Shown: in pieces, positions 38,501 through 47,790 of the stretch
Numbering within the stretch: the first letter of the stretch is position 1
Layout: each line of letters opens with the position of its first letter
Virus record (IMG/VR): IMGVR_UViG_3300046660_000219
Coordinates: 1-64,000 of that record
DNA length: 64,000 nt
Strand: one strand, 5' to 3'
Made by a program: the position numbers and the translations under genes
Notes under the pieces: model-generated
The model's input: only the letters and a program-made list of their open reading frames with translations
What the model was told of the DNA's origin: nothing
Database searches by the model: none

Positions 38501-41467
38501 ATCGAACGAGACGCTGCAAAGCGTAAGATCGATCTGCGTGAAGAGGACGATCTTGACAGCGGCGGACGTGGTAGGCGTCGGCGTCGTCCTAGTGACGATG
38601 AAATGGATGATGCTTCGCCGGAACAGTCGAAGCGCGACTCTATCATCGAAGCCATTTCGGCACGCCATTTCGGCGTGATCGATCGCTTCGTCAATTCGCC
38701 TGATACCTTTGTTGACTTCGTTGATGGTTCGTGGACCGCCGATGAAGAAGACGTGCGTCGGGCAAAGTTGAAGATGGATCCGCTTAGCCCAACTGAGCGC
38801 GCTTCTTGGCCGGCTATTGTTCCAAGTGACAACGACCTTGTATCGGTGAAGGCCAAGTGGGCGTATACCCTTATGTACGCCCACTTCAACATGCACGGTG
38901 CTCTTGCCGAAGTGCAGGCTAACCCTGGCTCGGCCAAGTTCCGCGCCGACCCTGAAAACAAGGTCATTACCCTTTCGCCGTACAAGGTTACCGGCACGCA
39001 CCTTTACGACAAGATGCCTGCTGACCTGAAAGCGATGACTGTCCGCTACCAAGCTGGTAACTTCGTGGAGGTTGAGCGCTTCAAACGCGACGACAAGATT
39101 AAGATTGTCGTCGCTGATGAGATCTCGATCACCGAAGGCCATAATCTACAAATGGCCTCGCGTACTATTCGTATGCAGGGCGTCTGGACGCCGGGCTCTG
39201 AAACTCAGGCCCTTGCGCGTACCCGTCGCCCCGATCCGGGTGGTAAGCGTCAACGATTGGGCTACGATCACATCGTGGCTACTCTTCCTGGCGCTAACGC
39301 TGGCGAAACCAAGCCTACCATTGACGATCTGCGTACTGCCCGTTTGTTAGCTAAGAAACTGTCTAACTCGCGTGTCGAGTTCGGTTACGAGCTGTCTTAT
39401 CAACGTGCGGTCGGTCAGGTTGTGTCGGCACTGCCGCCGGTCAAGATGAGCATGAAGAACATCGAGGAGTTCAAGACCGAACAACTTGCTGCTTACTTCG
39501 ATGCACTTACTCGCCTGAACAACTGGATGTACGACAGTTCGAAGGCGATGACCAAGCAAATTGGTAAGGAAATCTTCGAGGCTACAGGCGAACAGGTTAT
39601 CGATGAAAACGGTAATCCTATCGACCTCGGAAAGTTCGTCGCTGCTGCTGTCGTCAAGACCGCTGCTGCGCCGGAACTGCCCGGTTCGCGTCGCTCCTAC
39701 GTTCCGTGGGTTGGTGGTTCTGAACCTATCAACCCACTCGGCTTTGAAATGATACCGGTACGATCGGCCACACCGATTTCGCTGGAGGATGACGAAGACG
39801 ACGGTGACGAAGGCGATGACGATGATCTAGCCTATGAGCGTATTTCCAACAACGTCGAGATTGATATCGGCACTTATGTGATGACCGAATACGGTCCCGG
39901 TATCGTTTCGCGCGTTGGTCGCCGTAAACGTGGTTCTTGGGCTGCTGCGGATGACATGTCGCCCGATGCTTTCCACGACGCGTCGTTTTACTATATCTCG
40001 ATCCCGTCTATTCGTAATGGTAAAGAAGCGCTGAACGTCCGTCTTGCTGCCAACCGCATCTTCGTCCCCGTTGATGATAATGGTAAGAAGATGTTGCGTG
40101 ACGCGATTAAGAACCGCACAAGCACGATGGCTCCTGTGCCTAATCCCATCACGGGTAAGCAGGTAGAGGATGCGCGCGACCGTAAGGCCGGTCGCAAAGC
40201 GGAAGAAGATCGTCGCTCGAAAAATCCGTCTGATGATGGATCGTTCGCCGACTATTCCGCGCCGACCGCTGATGACTTCGACTTCGACGACGAAGACTTT
40301 GATTTCATCGTTGATGACGAAGACGAGGCAGCCGATCCCGTCGATATCCTCGCGGATATGCTTGATGAAAACGGTAACATTGACTTCAGCGATGAGGTTG
40401 ATGACGACGAAGACGAGACAGACGACCAAGCCGACGATGAAGAAGAGTTCTACGGTTTCGCTCTAGCCATCAACGGCCAACTGGCCTTGTTGGTGGACAG
40501 TGAAAGTCAGGAAGACAACGCCCTGGACGGTATTATTTCCGACTATGGCTTCAAACGCTTCCCGAACTTCACCCGTCTGCACATCAAAACCAAAGCGGCT
40601 CTAGACGCTGTGCTTACACGTCTGGCTAAGAAACGCTATGTCATTCCGCCCCAAAACATGGCTGAAATTCAAAGCCTTGCTAAGGGTTTGACGCAGCGTG
40701 GTGCGCTGAAGCAAACGGAACCGTTCAACTTCCGCGAAGTCACGAACTTCATGATGACGGAGCAACGTCGCGTGCCGGCTGGTACTAATGGTACGAAGCC
40801 GTTCCGTGTCTACGCTCTTGTTCAGCACGGGCTGTTCTATCTTGTCGCCTCTACGGACAAACATCCGTTCCGCGTCAAGCAAGCCTTTACTGATGCTGCC
40901 GCTGGTGTTGCTGGTGTCGGCAAAATCAAGGATTTCTACAACCAAGCTGTTATGTTCGTGAAAAACAAACGGCAAGCGCAAACCGTCGCGAATAACCTCA
41001 TTTCTGCTGGCCTGATCAGCAACGAAGAGGAGTTCCTGTCGGATCTAGCGGAATTCCGTGTCGGCGGTCCTGCTGCCGGCCTACTGAGTCCGCCGGAACG
41101 TGAAGAGCCGGCGGTACCTAAAACGGTACCGACGCCAAAGGCTCCCGTGCCTGCGCAAGTGACTAGCGATTACAGAGAAGGGCCTAACAACCCTGACGTG
41201 GAAAATCTCGCTGAGTTCCGTAACTTCCTGCAAGCCAATAAACCGGTCATGGTGCTCGTTAAGGGTACAATGCTGCCTACGGGCGTGCCTTACATGGTCA
41301 AGGGCTACAGTAACGGAGAGTTCGCGCTCTCGAATCGCAAGAACCAAGCGCGCGACGACTACGAGATGTTCCATGTCCCGGGTAAGGCCGACGTCAGGTT
41401 CGACAACACCAAGGGCCTGATGTACGTCGGAAAAACTGTATGGCGTCTGTCCTATACGGCGTCTTAA
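35564..41467 (+). CDS. SNF2-like (SF2) ATPase/helicase, 1967 aa
   Basis: APGFGKT, DESH, SGT, EGHNLQ, QALARTRR. Confidence 0.9.
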   Translation: MYVDKLGGDVSHTALSLAMPEHAPLPTRDREIALTKGKNKTPRTAIGKDIAAKNEETAREVHNSLRQIGLTVAYASLTVATFLRGAGLRSLDDRGQEVGTLRRETDHDPQKANSIAAGALSAESLFKHAAYDDDTITFTMGKLNGAASIIIDPYSDNFETVIKRVLPAYNKPVGYEKAGYSSVNLDFGDKTDEDFDLTIAYDDLVKAIQGTGIELDTPLFCGKAKLPKGVRIDINLQGSMRASVQTVTSFPSLASLTNGKGSITSNMYAIMPVVATVKVTVPKAWAMWATYADNDSEFVPTLAMSHFSTLLATAVGTKGGRSNGITKRDPFDKENEAKFANNFAKISARISNVATAKRLNQSRAKVLGFEAKIRTNKDGYAILPNGELWFIPPTDNVAEFVKLSKEASDGTIDGSRFDYPSRILYVDAVNEVLVHTTASSTIHTVDLRGSRPLDDISQAKYSATWALNPTALKHLSLFNGADLPVPAAFIASLIRNNNKNNEVLANVPYFADLWRPIPENGSHAGASAMQAGDWSQLIRLTDGKNTYMISDPAERERLLGILALKRSNADVDQETVWAAENRVIGAIHEAALAFTTEAQKFAASGGLELNMPEGAHSVSTTNQVRIALYAFTHLLSRWPECESKRQRKFYANTPKPLDRMALKDKPIAIPNVDIDTGLSYLFPHQAEVVQNIDIADPPEAAVIGGAPGFGKTNVIMADVLLLLQKGKIKRPLVVVPNKLEGQFISEINRFTRGRVNAYCATFQNLKDMQSPDGLNFSYEETVKFLRDLPPNTILVTNYNTLTNSFSQFPQLYDSMAAYDTVGTTQQLMSFPFVDMFYAAGVDYVCGDESHKVKNLKAGRGQAFLALCAKVDYIRLSSGTTVNNVVSDLVGQMQKINPLALGASVEAFQKRFLGGDKQVTRASQAEDITEAMREYAMVIQKDSRSWAYMLPPLTEIYHRVELTTLQARYYAILFYKMAALIERDAAKRKIDLREEDDLDSGGRGRRRRRPSDDEMDDASPEQSKRDSIIEAISARHFGVIDRFVNSPDTFVDFVDGSWTADEEDVRRAKLKMDPLSPTERASWPAIVPSDNDLVSVKAKWAYTLMYAHFNMHGALAEVQANPGSAKFRADPENKVITLSPYKVTGTHLYDKMPADLKAMTVRYQAGNFVEVERFKRDDKIKIVVADEISITEGHNLQMASRTIRMQGVWTPGSETQALARTRRPDPGGKRQRLGYDHIVATLPGANAGETKPTIDDLRTARLLAKKLSNSRVEFGYELSYQRAVGQVVSALPPVKMSMKNIEEFKTEQLAAYFDALTRLNNWMYDSSKAMTKQIGKEIFEATGEQVIDENGNPIDLGKFVAAAVVKTAAAPELPGSRRSYVPWVGGSEPINPLGFEMIPVRSATPISLEDDEDDGDEGDDDDLAYERISNNVEIDIGTYVMTEYGPGIVSRVGRRKRGSWAAADDMSPDAFHDASFYYISIPSIRNGKEALNVRLAANRIFVPVDDNGKKMLRDAIKNRTSTMAPVPNPITGKQVEDARDRKAGRKAEEDRRSKNPSDDGSFADYSAPTADDFDFDDEDFDFIVDDEDEAADPVDILADMLDENGNIDFSDEVDDDEDETDDQADDEEEFYGFALAINGQLALLVDSESQEDNALDGIISDYGFKRFPNFTRLHIKTKAALDAVLTRLAKKRYVIPPQNMAEIQSLAKGLTQRGALKQTEPFNFREVTNFMMTEQRRVPAGTNGTKPFRVYALVQHGLFYLVASTDKHPFRVKQAFTDAAAGVAGVGKIKDFYNQAVMFVKNKRQAQTVANNLISAGLISNEEEFLSDLAEFRVGGPAAGLLSPPEREEPAVPKTVPTPKAPVPAQVTSDYREGPNNPDVENLAEFRNFLQANKPVMVLVKGTMLPTGVPYMVKGYSNGEFALSNRKNQARDDYEMFHVPGKADVRFDNTKGLMYVGKTVWRLSYTAS

Positions 41468-41553
41468 GACGCTAGTTTAATGGAGAAGCGGTGGAGGTCT
41501 TAACGGGTCTCCACCGCATTACCATTTCAATCCAATCAAGGAACCATGCCGTC

Positions 41554-42303
41554 ATGAGTAAGAACAACCGCAACAATCGTGCGCAACCAGCCGCCGACAA
41601 GCCGACGACTGCGCCTGCTACCACTACCACGTTGGAAGAAGTGCTGAACAACTCCGCGTTCACCACCGGTACCAGCGATGATCAAACCAGCGCTGGCGGG
41701 GAACAGCAAGGTGGCGAGCAAAACAGTAACGCGTCAGAAGCTACTGAGCAGGGCTCAGACGGCAATAATGACTCCAATCAAAACGGTACTGACACTGGTT
41801 CTAACGGCGACGCTGCTGAGCTTGGCGCTGCTATTGGGGACAACAGTAATGGCGATCAGTCTAACAACGGCAATGTTGAGCAGGGTGCGCCAGTAGTAAC
41901 CGTCGCCACAACCATCGAAGACATACGCGCGGCATTGGTTGCGCAGTTAGCTCCGCCTACCTCCGCGCCGCCTGAATTGGTTACTGAAGATTCTGAGTTA
42001 GGCGCGGCTGCCGAAGAAGAAACGGTAGACGAGATCGTCGAAGTCGTCGAAGGTGACGAGTATCACCCGACTGACGAAGAACGTCTGCCGTGGCTGTTTA
42101 ACTACGGTAAAAACTGCCTGCCGAACATCCCGCAGAACACTACGTCTCTATGGGGTGCGTTCTGCATGGATTTCCCTGGTATGCTAGGTCACATCCGCTC
42201 GTCTCCGGATGTCAATCTGATCCAAAGCGCTTACAAGGAAATGTTCGAAGCTCGTACGGTTGATCCGGAAGAGTACGTGGCGGAAGCCCAAGGCGAACAA
42301 TAG
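41554..42303 (+). CDS. Acidic low-complexity hypothetical protein
   Basis: N/Q/D/E-rich N-terminal half; AAGGA RBS. Confidence 0.7.
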   Translation: MSKNNRNNRAQPAADKPTTAPATTTTLEEVLNNSAFTTGTSDDQTSAGGEQQGGEQNSNASEATEQGSDGNNDSNQNGTDTGSNGDAAELGAAIGDNSNGDQSNNGNVEQGAPVVTVATTIEDIRAALVAQLAPPTSAPPELVTEDSELGAAAEEETVDEIVEVVEGDEYHPTDEERLPWLFNYGKNCLPNIPQNTTSLWGAFCMDFPGMLGHIRSSPDVNLIQSAYKEMFEARTVDPEEYVAEAQGEQ

Positions 42304-42361
42304 TACTACGTGGCTAAAGCCCGGTGGCGCTTACCACCGGGCTTCCTTCCGTGAGGCTAAC

Positions 42362-42556
42362 ATGACTGTACCTTATCGTGATCCCTTCGAAGTGCATGAA
42401 GAAAACGCGACGCGCCTCCGCGAAGAAGCGGCGCGATCGCCTAGCCCTAACCTGAACGGTGATGAAATCGCCTGTGTGGTTGGTGGTTACGGTGAAGCCT
42501 CCATCCCTGCGTTGTTCGATCCCTCTACTCGTACTGTTTTTCCTGTCCGTAAGTAA
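42362..42556 (+). CDS. Small hypothetical protein
   Basis: GAGG RBS, MTVPYRDPF start. Confidence 0.55.
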   Translation: MTVPYRDPFEVHEENATRLREEAARSPSPNLNGDEIACVVGGYGEASIPALFDPSTRTVFPVRK

Positions 42557-42587
42557 TTCAATCGCGTGTCCTTGAAGGGTATTCGCC

Positions 42588-44417
42588 ATGATTCGAGGTT
42601 TTGGTAGCTACAGCGAGCGTGGCGGTGTTATTCAAGCTAGAGAAACCGCCTCTTCGCAACGGCGCGGCGCTGAGCTTGCCGTGCGTGGTCGCGCTGGTCG
42701 TAATGTTGAGACTGCTAGCGGTGGCGCTGCTGTTTCGTCCATGGGTTTTGGTGGTTTGACCGCCGACGATCTTAGCTTGAGCTACATCGGTGGTTCGGCT
42801 AGTCGTAACACCCAGAACACCTATAGCGCTCCGCCAGAAGTCTACAATTATTACGCTGCCATCTTCCGTGAAGATCATGTGTGTGGTGCGGCTGTGGAGC
42901 TGCGCTCTAACATTCCGTACGCGGCAGGCATGCGCCTGTCTGGTACCAAGGACGCTAGCCGTCTGAAGGTCTATCAAGATACCGTTTCCGCACTCCGCAT
43001 GGAGTCGATGATGGCGCGTATCTCGATCGAGCGTGACGCCATGGGTGCGTTCTTCGGCTCGTTGGATTTCAACGCAGAGAAGAAGACCTTCGACTCCATT
43101 CTACCCTTATCGCGTCTGGACATCACGAAGATCAAGTATCCGCCTGTACACGGTCTTGATCCTGTCGTGGACGTTAAGCCTAGCCAACTCATCATGGATT
43201 TGCTTGCGGATGCTAACGATCCGCGCGTCAAGCCGTTGCTAGACTGTGTTCCGGACTTCCTGAAGACCGCACAAGGCACAAACGGTGTAGCCGTCCCCTC
43301 TAAAAACCTCGTGTGGATCGCACGTCCGCACATCGATCCGCGCTACAATTCTATCTATCACCGCATCCTACCTATTTTCTTGATCGAACGTGCGTTGATG
43401 CGCGGTACCATTGAAGGCGCGCACCGCCGTCAAAAACCTATCCTACACCTAATGCTAGGACAGGGCGAAGAATGGGCTCCTACTCCGGAAGAATTTGACT
43501 TCGTCTCAGGCCTGTTCACTGATGCTGACGCCGACCCGCTTGGCGCTATCGTCGCGACGCGTGACAACATTAGCGTCAACGAAGTGCGCAGCCCACAAGA
43601 CTTCTGGAAAATCACGGACATCTCCGATCAGACGCTTACCTTTAAGCTACGTGCTCTAGGGATTAGCGAAGCCTTCCTGTCGGCCGACGCTTCATTCGCT
43701 AACGCGGACTCTGCCGTTACCGTTTTCATCGAAGGTCTGCGAGCTGAACGTAACCAAGTGGAAAAGCAAGTCTTCTATGACAAGTTGTTTCCGCAAATCG
43801 CCATGGCTAACTCGTTCTTCAAAGGTAAGAAGGGCGCTGCTGGCTCTAACATGTCGCTCAATTCGATTGATGACATCAGCAACCTCGACGTTCCTACCGT
43901 TGAATGGCGGCGTTCGCTCCAACCAGAAGGCGACGGCGCGTACATGGATCTGTTGGCCGCGCTAGAGGCTCACAATGTACCTATTCCGGTGCGTATGTTT
44001 GCTGCTGCGTCCGGCATCGATTTGAATACTCTTTTGGAAGCTTCCGAACAAGACGTCAAGGACCGTAAGGCCATTGCTGATTGGCGGGAGAAAATCAAGG
44101 AATTCCAGCCTGAAGATCCTGCGATGATGGGTGCTGAAGGTGGTGGAGAGTTTGCTAGAGCCTCGCTCTTCGATGCACTGGCGTCGCCTAACTCTCTGCG
44201 TCCGATTGGTGTTCTCAATCGTGATTACGGTGACGTAGAACGGTACGATCATGCACCGCTAGACGGTCGTGGTCATCGCCAACCGGCTTCGAAGAAATGG
44301 AAGCTTGAGAAGCGTGACGAAATACATCGTCTTCTGGCGCGCGTAACCGCGCAAGTGGCGCAAAAAGAGAACTACCACGCCCGCCAACGCGGGCTGTTGG
44401 TCGACGGTCAAGTGTAG
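42588..44417 (+). CDS. Probable portal protein
   Basis: 609 aa; IFREDHVCGAAVEL, KLRALGISEAFLSADASFANA, PTVEW patterns typical of portals; head-gene context. Confidence 0.65.
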   Translation: MIRGFGSYSERGGVIQARETASSQRRGAELAVRGRAGRNVETASGGAAVSSMGFGGLTADDLSLSYIGGSASRNTQNTYSAPPEVYNYYAAIFREDHVCGAAVELRSNIPYAAGMRLSGTKDASRLKVYQDTVSALRMESMMARISIERDAMGAFFGSLDFNAEKKTFDSILPLSRLDITKIKYPPVHGLDPVVDVKPSQLIMDLLADANDPRVKPLLDCVPDFLKTAQGTNGVAVPSKNLVWIARPHIDPRYNSIYHRILPIFLIERALMRGTIEGAHRRQKPILHLMLGQGEEWAPTPEEFDFVSGLFTDADADPLGAIVATRDNISVNEVRSPQDFWKITDISDQTLTFKLRALGISEAFLSADASFANADSAVTVFIEGLRAERNQVEKQVFYDKLFPQIAMANSFFKGKKGAAGSNMSLNSIDDISNLDVPTVEWRRSLQPEGDGAYMDLLAALEAHNVPIPVRMFAAASGIDLNTLLEASEQDVKDRKAIADWREKIKEFQPEDPAMMGAEGGGEFARASLFDALASPNSLRPIGVLNRDYGDVERYDHAPLDGRGHRQPASKKWKLEKRDEIHRLLARVTAQVAQKENYHARQRGLLVDGQV

Positions 44418-44430
44418 GAAGGGTAAGACC

Positions 44431-44700
44431 ATGTCAACCCCCGGTCCTATTCGCTACGTTCTGTTGGCCGATATAGACGCTATGGACGGGGACACTGTGC
44501 CAGTGTTTCTGTCTACCTTTATTAACGAGCACACGTGGGTAAAAGCTGATCGCTGGCAAGCGACGGCTGTACGCGATAAGGCGATGCTGTTCCACAACGA
44601 ATGGACCGCACGCTTCTTCTATTCGCATTGGCTTACTGCTGATGCGCAAGCCACCTTCCGTGTTGCTACCGTGCGACTGCCCGTTAAAGGCCGCGCTTAA
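44431..44700 (+). CDS. Small hypothetical protein
   Basis: 89-aa ORF in operon. Confidence 0.55.
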   Translation: MSTPGPIRYVLLADIDAMDGDTVPVFLSTFINEHTWVKADRWQATAVRDKAMLFHNEWTARFFYSHWLTADAQATFRVATVRLPVKGRA

Positions 44701-44718
44701 TCGCAAGGAAATAGTATT

Positions 44719-45084
44719 ATGAGTGTAGCTGTTCTGGTGTCTTCGGACCTAACTAATGCGGGTGGCGCGTTGGTCACTGATACCTTTTCTACTGTCACCG
44801 GTACGACGTATACAGTGCAGTCTACTGACGCCGGCAAGATCTTGCGCTTCACTTCGGCGACGGCTGTAACGGTAACTTTACCAGCATTGACTGCGGGCTT
44901 CAATTGTCTGTGGCGTCAAGTTGGTGCTGGTAAGATTAGTTTCGTCGTAGCTGTGACTGATCCTGTGCAAACCTTGCGCAACACGGACGCTTTTTCAAAG
45001 TCGTCTGGCCAGTACGCCGAGGGCAGTCTGTCCGTGGATCTGGTCACGACTGATTGGTACCTGTCAGGTTCGTGCGGCGCGTAG
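44719..45084 (+). CDS. Small fibre-type beta protein carrying the AVLxxxDLxxAGG tag
   Basis: MSVAVLVSSDLTNAGG; TYTVQSTDAGKILRFT...QVGAG. Confidence 0.7.
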   Translation: MSVAVLVSSDLTNAGGALVTDTFSTVTGTTYTVQSTDAGKILRFTSATAVTVTLPALTAGFNCLWRQVGAGKISFVVAVTDPVQTLRNTDAFSKSSGQYAEGSLSVDLVTTDWYLSGSCGA

Positions 45085-45103
45085 CTGTTATTAGGAAACA
45101 GTA

Positions 45104-45232
45104 ATGAGCAAGCTCGCTAGACGAACGGTGCTTAAGCGTGGTGTACCTGCAAACGCACTGTATAATCGTAGCGGTTCGTTGGTGCTGACCAACAAGACCG
45201 GCTCTCTAATCCTGACCAAAAAGGTAAGCTAA
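45104..45232 (+). CDS. 42-aa MSKLxRR peptide
   Basis: Hand translation MSKLARRTVLKRGVPANALYNRSGSLVLTNKTGSLILTKKVS; AGGA RBS; paralogue at 52124. Confidence 0.75.
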   Translation: MSKLARRTVLKRGVPANALYNRSGSLVLTNKTGSLILTKKVS

Positions 45233-45233
45233 C

Positions 45234-46898
45234 ATGGCGAACGCCCGTGGCTATTTGGCCGACTACATTAACGGCCTGACCGGTGACGAGCGTATCGAGG
45301 TTGGCAATGCGCTAGCTGCGATTATCTCCTACGATCCGGCGGCACTGGACCTCTATACCCGCTTCACTTCTGCACCCAATGAGGCGTACAAGCGTGCAAT
45401 CTCAAACCGTATCCGCCTGCTGAAAGAGGCGAGCATTTGGCCCACCATTGACGTCACCTACGCTCTTGCGGCTGCTGATAGCCAAGCAGCGGCGCGTAAC
45501 TGGGTAGCGGACACGAAAAACCTAACGGCTACTGGCTCACCTACCTTTACGGCCAACAAAGGCTTCACGGGTAATGGCACGAGCGCATACCTCGATACCG
45601 GCGTCAATCCTGGTGCTGGCGGCACGAAGGCTACGCAAAATTCAGCGTGCATAAGCTTCTGGTGTTTGTCGCTGCGTAACCCGGACGCTAGTATTACTGT
45701 TGGTGCACGTAACGCCGGCGCAACCTCGTTCATGGACATGAACCCGCGCTTGACGGGCGAGCTGATCCTAGGTCGCCTGAACAACGCTGGCGGTGGTTTA
45801 TTCAACAACACCGTCACGCTAGGCCATTTTACCATTAATCGTCCAAACTCAACGACGATTGAAATCTATCGCGACGGCCAATTGATCGGCTCTAGTACCG
45901 TAGCGTCAACCACGCCGCCTAACGCTAATCTGTTGATCCTGGCGCGACAAGTTGCCGGTGGCGCAGCAGAGTCTTTCTCGTCTGATCAGATCGCTATGGT
46001 TACAATTGGTTCGGCTCTGACCTCGCAACAGGTTGCCGCTCTCTACAAGGCCGATTGCGCCTACCTTGACGCTATTGCAGGTTCTAGCGACCTCATCGCG
46101 GCGTTTGGTGATAGCCTTACGGCTACCGGATCGAGCACCTATCTGGCTACGGCCGGTGGCTTGTTCAGTCCGACGCGTTCACCTGCTAACAATGGTATCG
46201 GTGGGCAGACCAGTACGCAGGTTGCCGCACGTCAAGGTGGTCTACCGGTAAAGCTAACGGTAACTAGCAATCAAATTCCGGCGTCGGGCACTGTTGCAGT
46301 GACAGCTAAGTCCATCGGTGACTACGGCGTCGACGATGGCCCAATCACGGTGAACGGCGCACAAAGTCTGGCTGGTACTTTGGCTGGTATTCCCGGTACG
46401 TTGGCGCGTGATGGTGCTGGCGCGTACACTTTCACGCGTACGGCTTCCGGCTCTATCACCGCATGTCCGCCGAACTCAGTCTTTACTGTCAGTCTTGCGA
46501 TTAACAGTAAGCAGATGACGCAGTGGCTTTGGGTTGGTACGAACTTCACGAGCCGTGCTTCTACCTTGGCTGATGCTGCCGCGATGATTGCGTTCCTGGG
46601 TCATAGTCGCTACCTTATCGTTGGTCCGTTGACCAAGACGACGGACAGTCCTTCCGTGGTCGCGGAAAAGGTTCAAACCAACACGGATCTAGCCGCCTTG
46701 TATGGCTCGAAATTCCGCAACATGTTGTCCATCCTGCAAGCCAGTAACGATGGTTCGGCGAACGACCTTGCGGACGTCGCCGCCGGCTATACGCCGCGTT
46801 CGCTTCGTGTGGATGAAGTTCACCTTACCACTACTGCTAATAACACTATCGTTGCCCCTACGATGTACAACGCGCATCTGGCCAACGGTTATGCTTAA
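45234..46898 (+). CDS. LamG/ConA-like lectin plus SGNH hydrolase, putative virion appendage protein
   Basis: FTGNGTSAYLDTG; GDSL, GIGGQ, GTN, DEVH. Confidence 0.75.
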   Translation: MANARGYLADYINGLTGDERIEVGNALAAIISYDPAALDLYTRFTSAPNEAYKRAISNRIRLLKEASIWPTIDVTYALAAADSQAAARNWVADTKNLTATGSPTFTANKGFTGNGTSAYLDTGVNPGAGGTKATQNSACISFWCLSLRNPDASITVGARNAGATSFMDMNPRLTGELILGRLNNAGGGLFNNTVTLGHFTINRPNSTTIEIYRDGQLIGSSTVASTTPPNANLLILARQVAGGAAESFSSDQIAMVTIGSALTSQQVAALYKADCAYLDAIAGSSDLIAAFGDSLTATGSSTYLATAGGLFSPTRSPANNGIGGQTSTQVAARQGGLPVKLTVTSNQIPASGTVAVTAKSIGDYGVDDGPITVNGAQSLAGTLAGIPGTLARDGAGAYTFTRTASGSITACPPNSVFTVSLAINSKQMTQWLWVGTNFTSRASTLADAAAMIAFLGHSRYLIVGPLTKTTDSPSVVAEKVQTNTDLAALYGSKFRNMLSILQASNDGSANDLADVAAGYTPRSLRVDEVHLTTTANNTIVAPTMYNAHLANGYA

Positions 46899-47016
46899 TA
46901 GTAGAATCGAGGTTGCACCAACCTTGGTAATTTAGTGCATGCAAGACGTGGCCCCGTTGCTTCATTGCTTCGGGGCCATTGTCGTATCCAGATTATCATT
47001 TGCGGTGGGACAACAC

Positions 47017-47790
47017 ATGGGGCGTAGGTCCAACTTCAAGCGCCATCCGCGCGACCTGTATAAGACGTGCGACATACGCGCCATCATACCTTTGTTGCCA
47101 CATATCAAACACGTTTCTGTTTACGCGGAAACGTGCGCAGGCGACTCCGATCTGGTGCGCCTGTTGCTACCACATGGCAAGCGACCAATTGCGCAGTACG
47201 ACATCGTTCCACTAAATAGAAGTGTAGAGCGACGGGACGCGTTCTCGCTTACTCGTGCTGATATGCGTGGCTGTGGTACTATTATCACCAATCCGCCGTG
47301 GGATAGGAAGCTGTTACATCCGCTGATAATGCACTTCCTGTCGCTGGGCGTGGACGTGTGGTTGCTGTTTGACGCGGCATGGTGTCAGACTTTGCAATCC
47401 GTGCCGTTTATGCCATACTGTCGCAAGGTGGTAGCAGTCGGTCGGGTCTGTTGGTTTCCCAAGACCAAACAGACCGGCAAAGAAGATGCTAGCTGGTACC
47501 ATTTCTCACCGTACAATGTCGGCGAAGACACCCTGTTCTTTGGCCGTATACCTTCCGACGCCATAAAGGGACAACATGGCTCGCACCTACAGTTTCAAGA
47601 CGAAAGCCGAGGCCGCAAGGTTCAAGCCCACGTACGAGGCGGCCAACAACGCCTTCCACAACGGCGACAGCATAATGCTGGACTCGGACTTCGAAGCCCT
47701 CAAAGAAGCGCTGCTGCCGTGGTATCCGGAAATAGAAAGCCACATCGGCGCAACGCAAAACGCTTCAGCACGCATGGTGCCTCTGCCTAA
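47017..47790 (+). CDS. DNA amino-methyltransferase (NPPW motif)
   Basis: MGRRSNF..RDLYKT, ETCAGDSDL, IITNPPW. Confidence 0.8.
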   Translation: MGRRSNFKRHPRDLYKTCDIRAIIPLLPHIKHVSVYAETCAGDSDLVRLLLPHGKRPIAQYDIVPLNRSVERRDAFSLTRADMRGCGTIITNPPWDRKLLHPLIMHFLSLGVDVWLLFDAAWCQTLQSVPFMPYCRKVVAVGRVCWFPKTKQTGKEDASWYHFSPYNVGEDTLFFGRIPSDAIKGQHGSHLQFQDESRGRKVQAHVRGGQQRLPQRRQHNAGLGLRSPQRSAAAVVSGNRKPHRRNAKRFSTHGASA

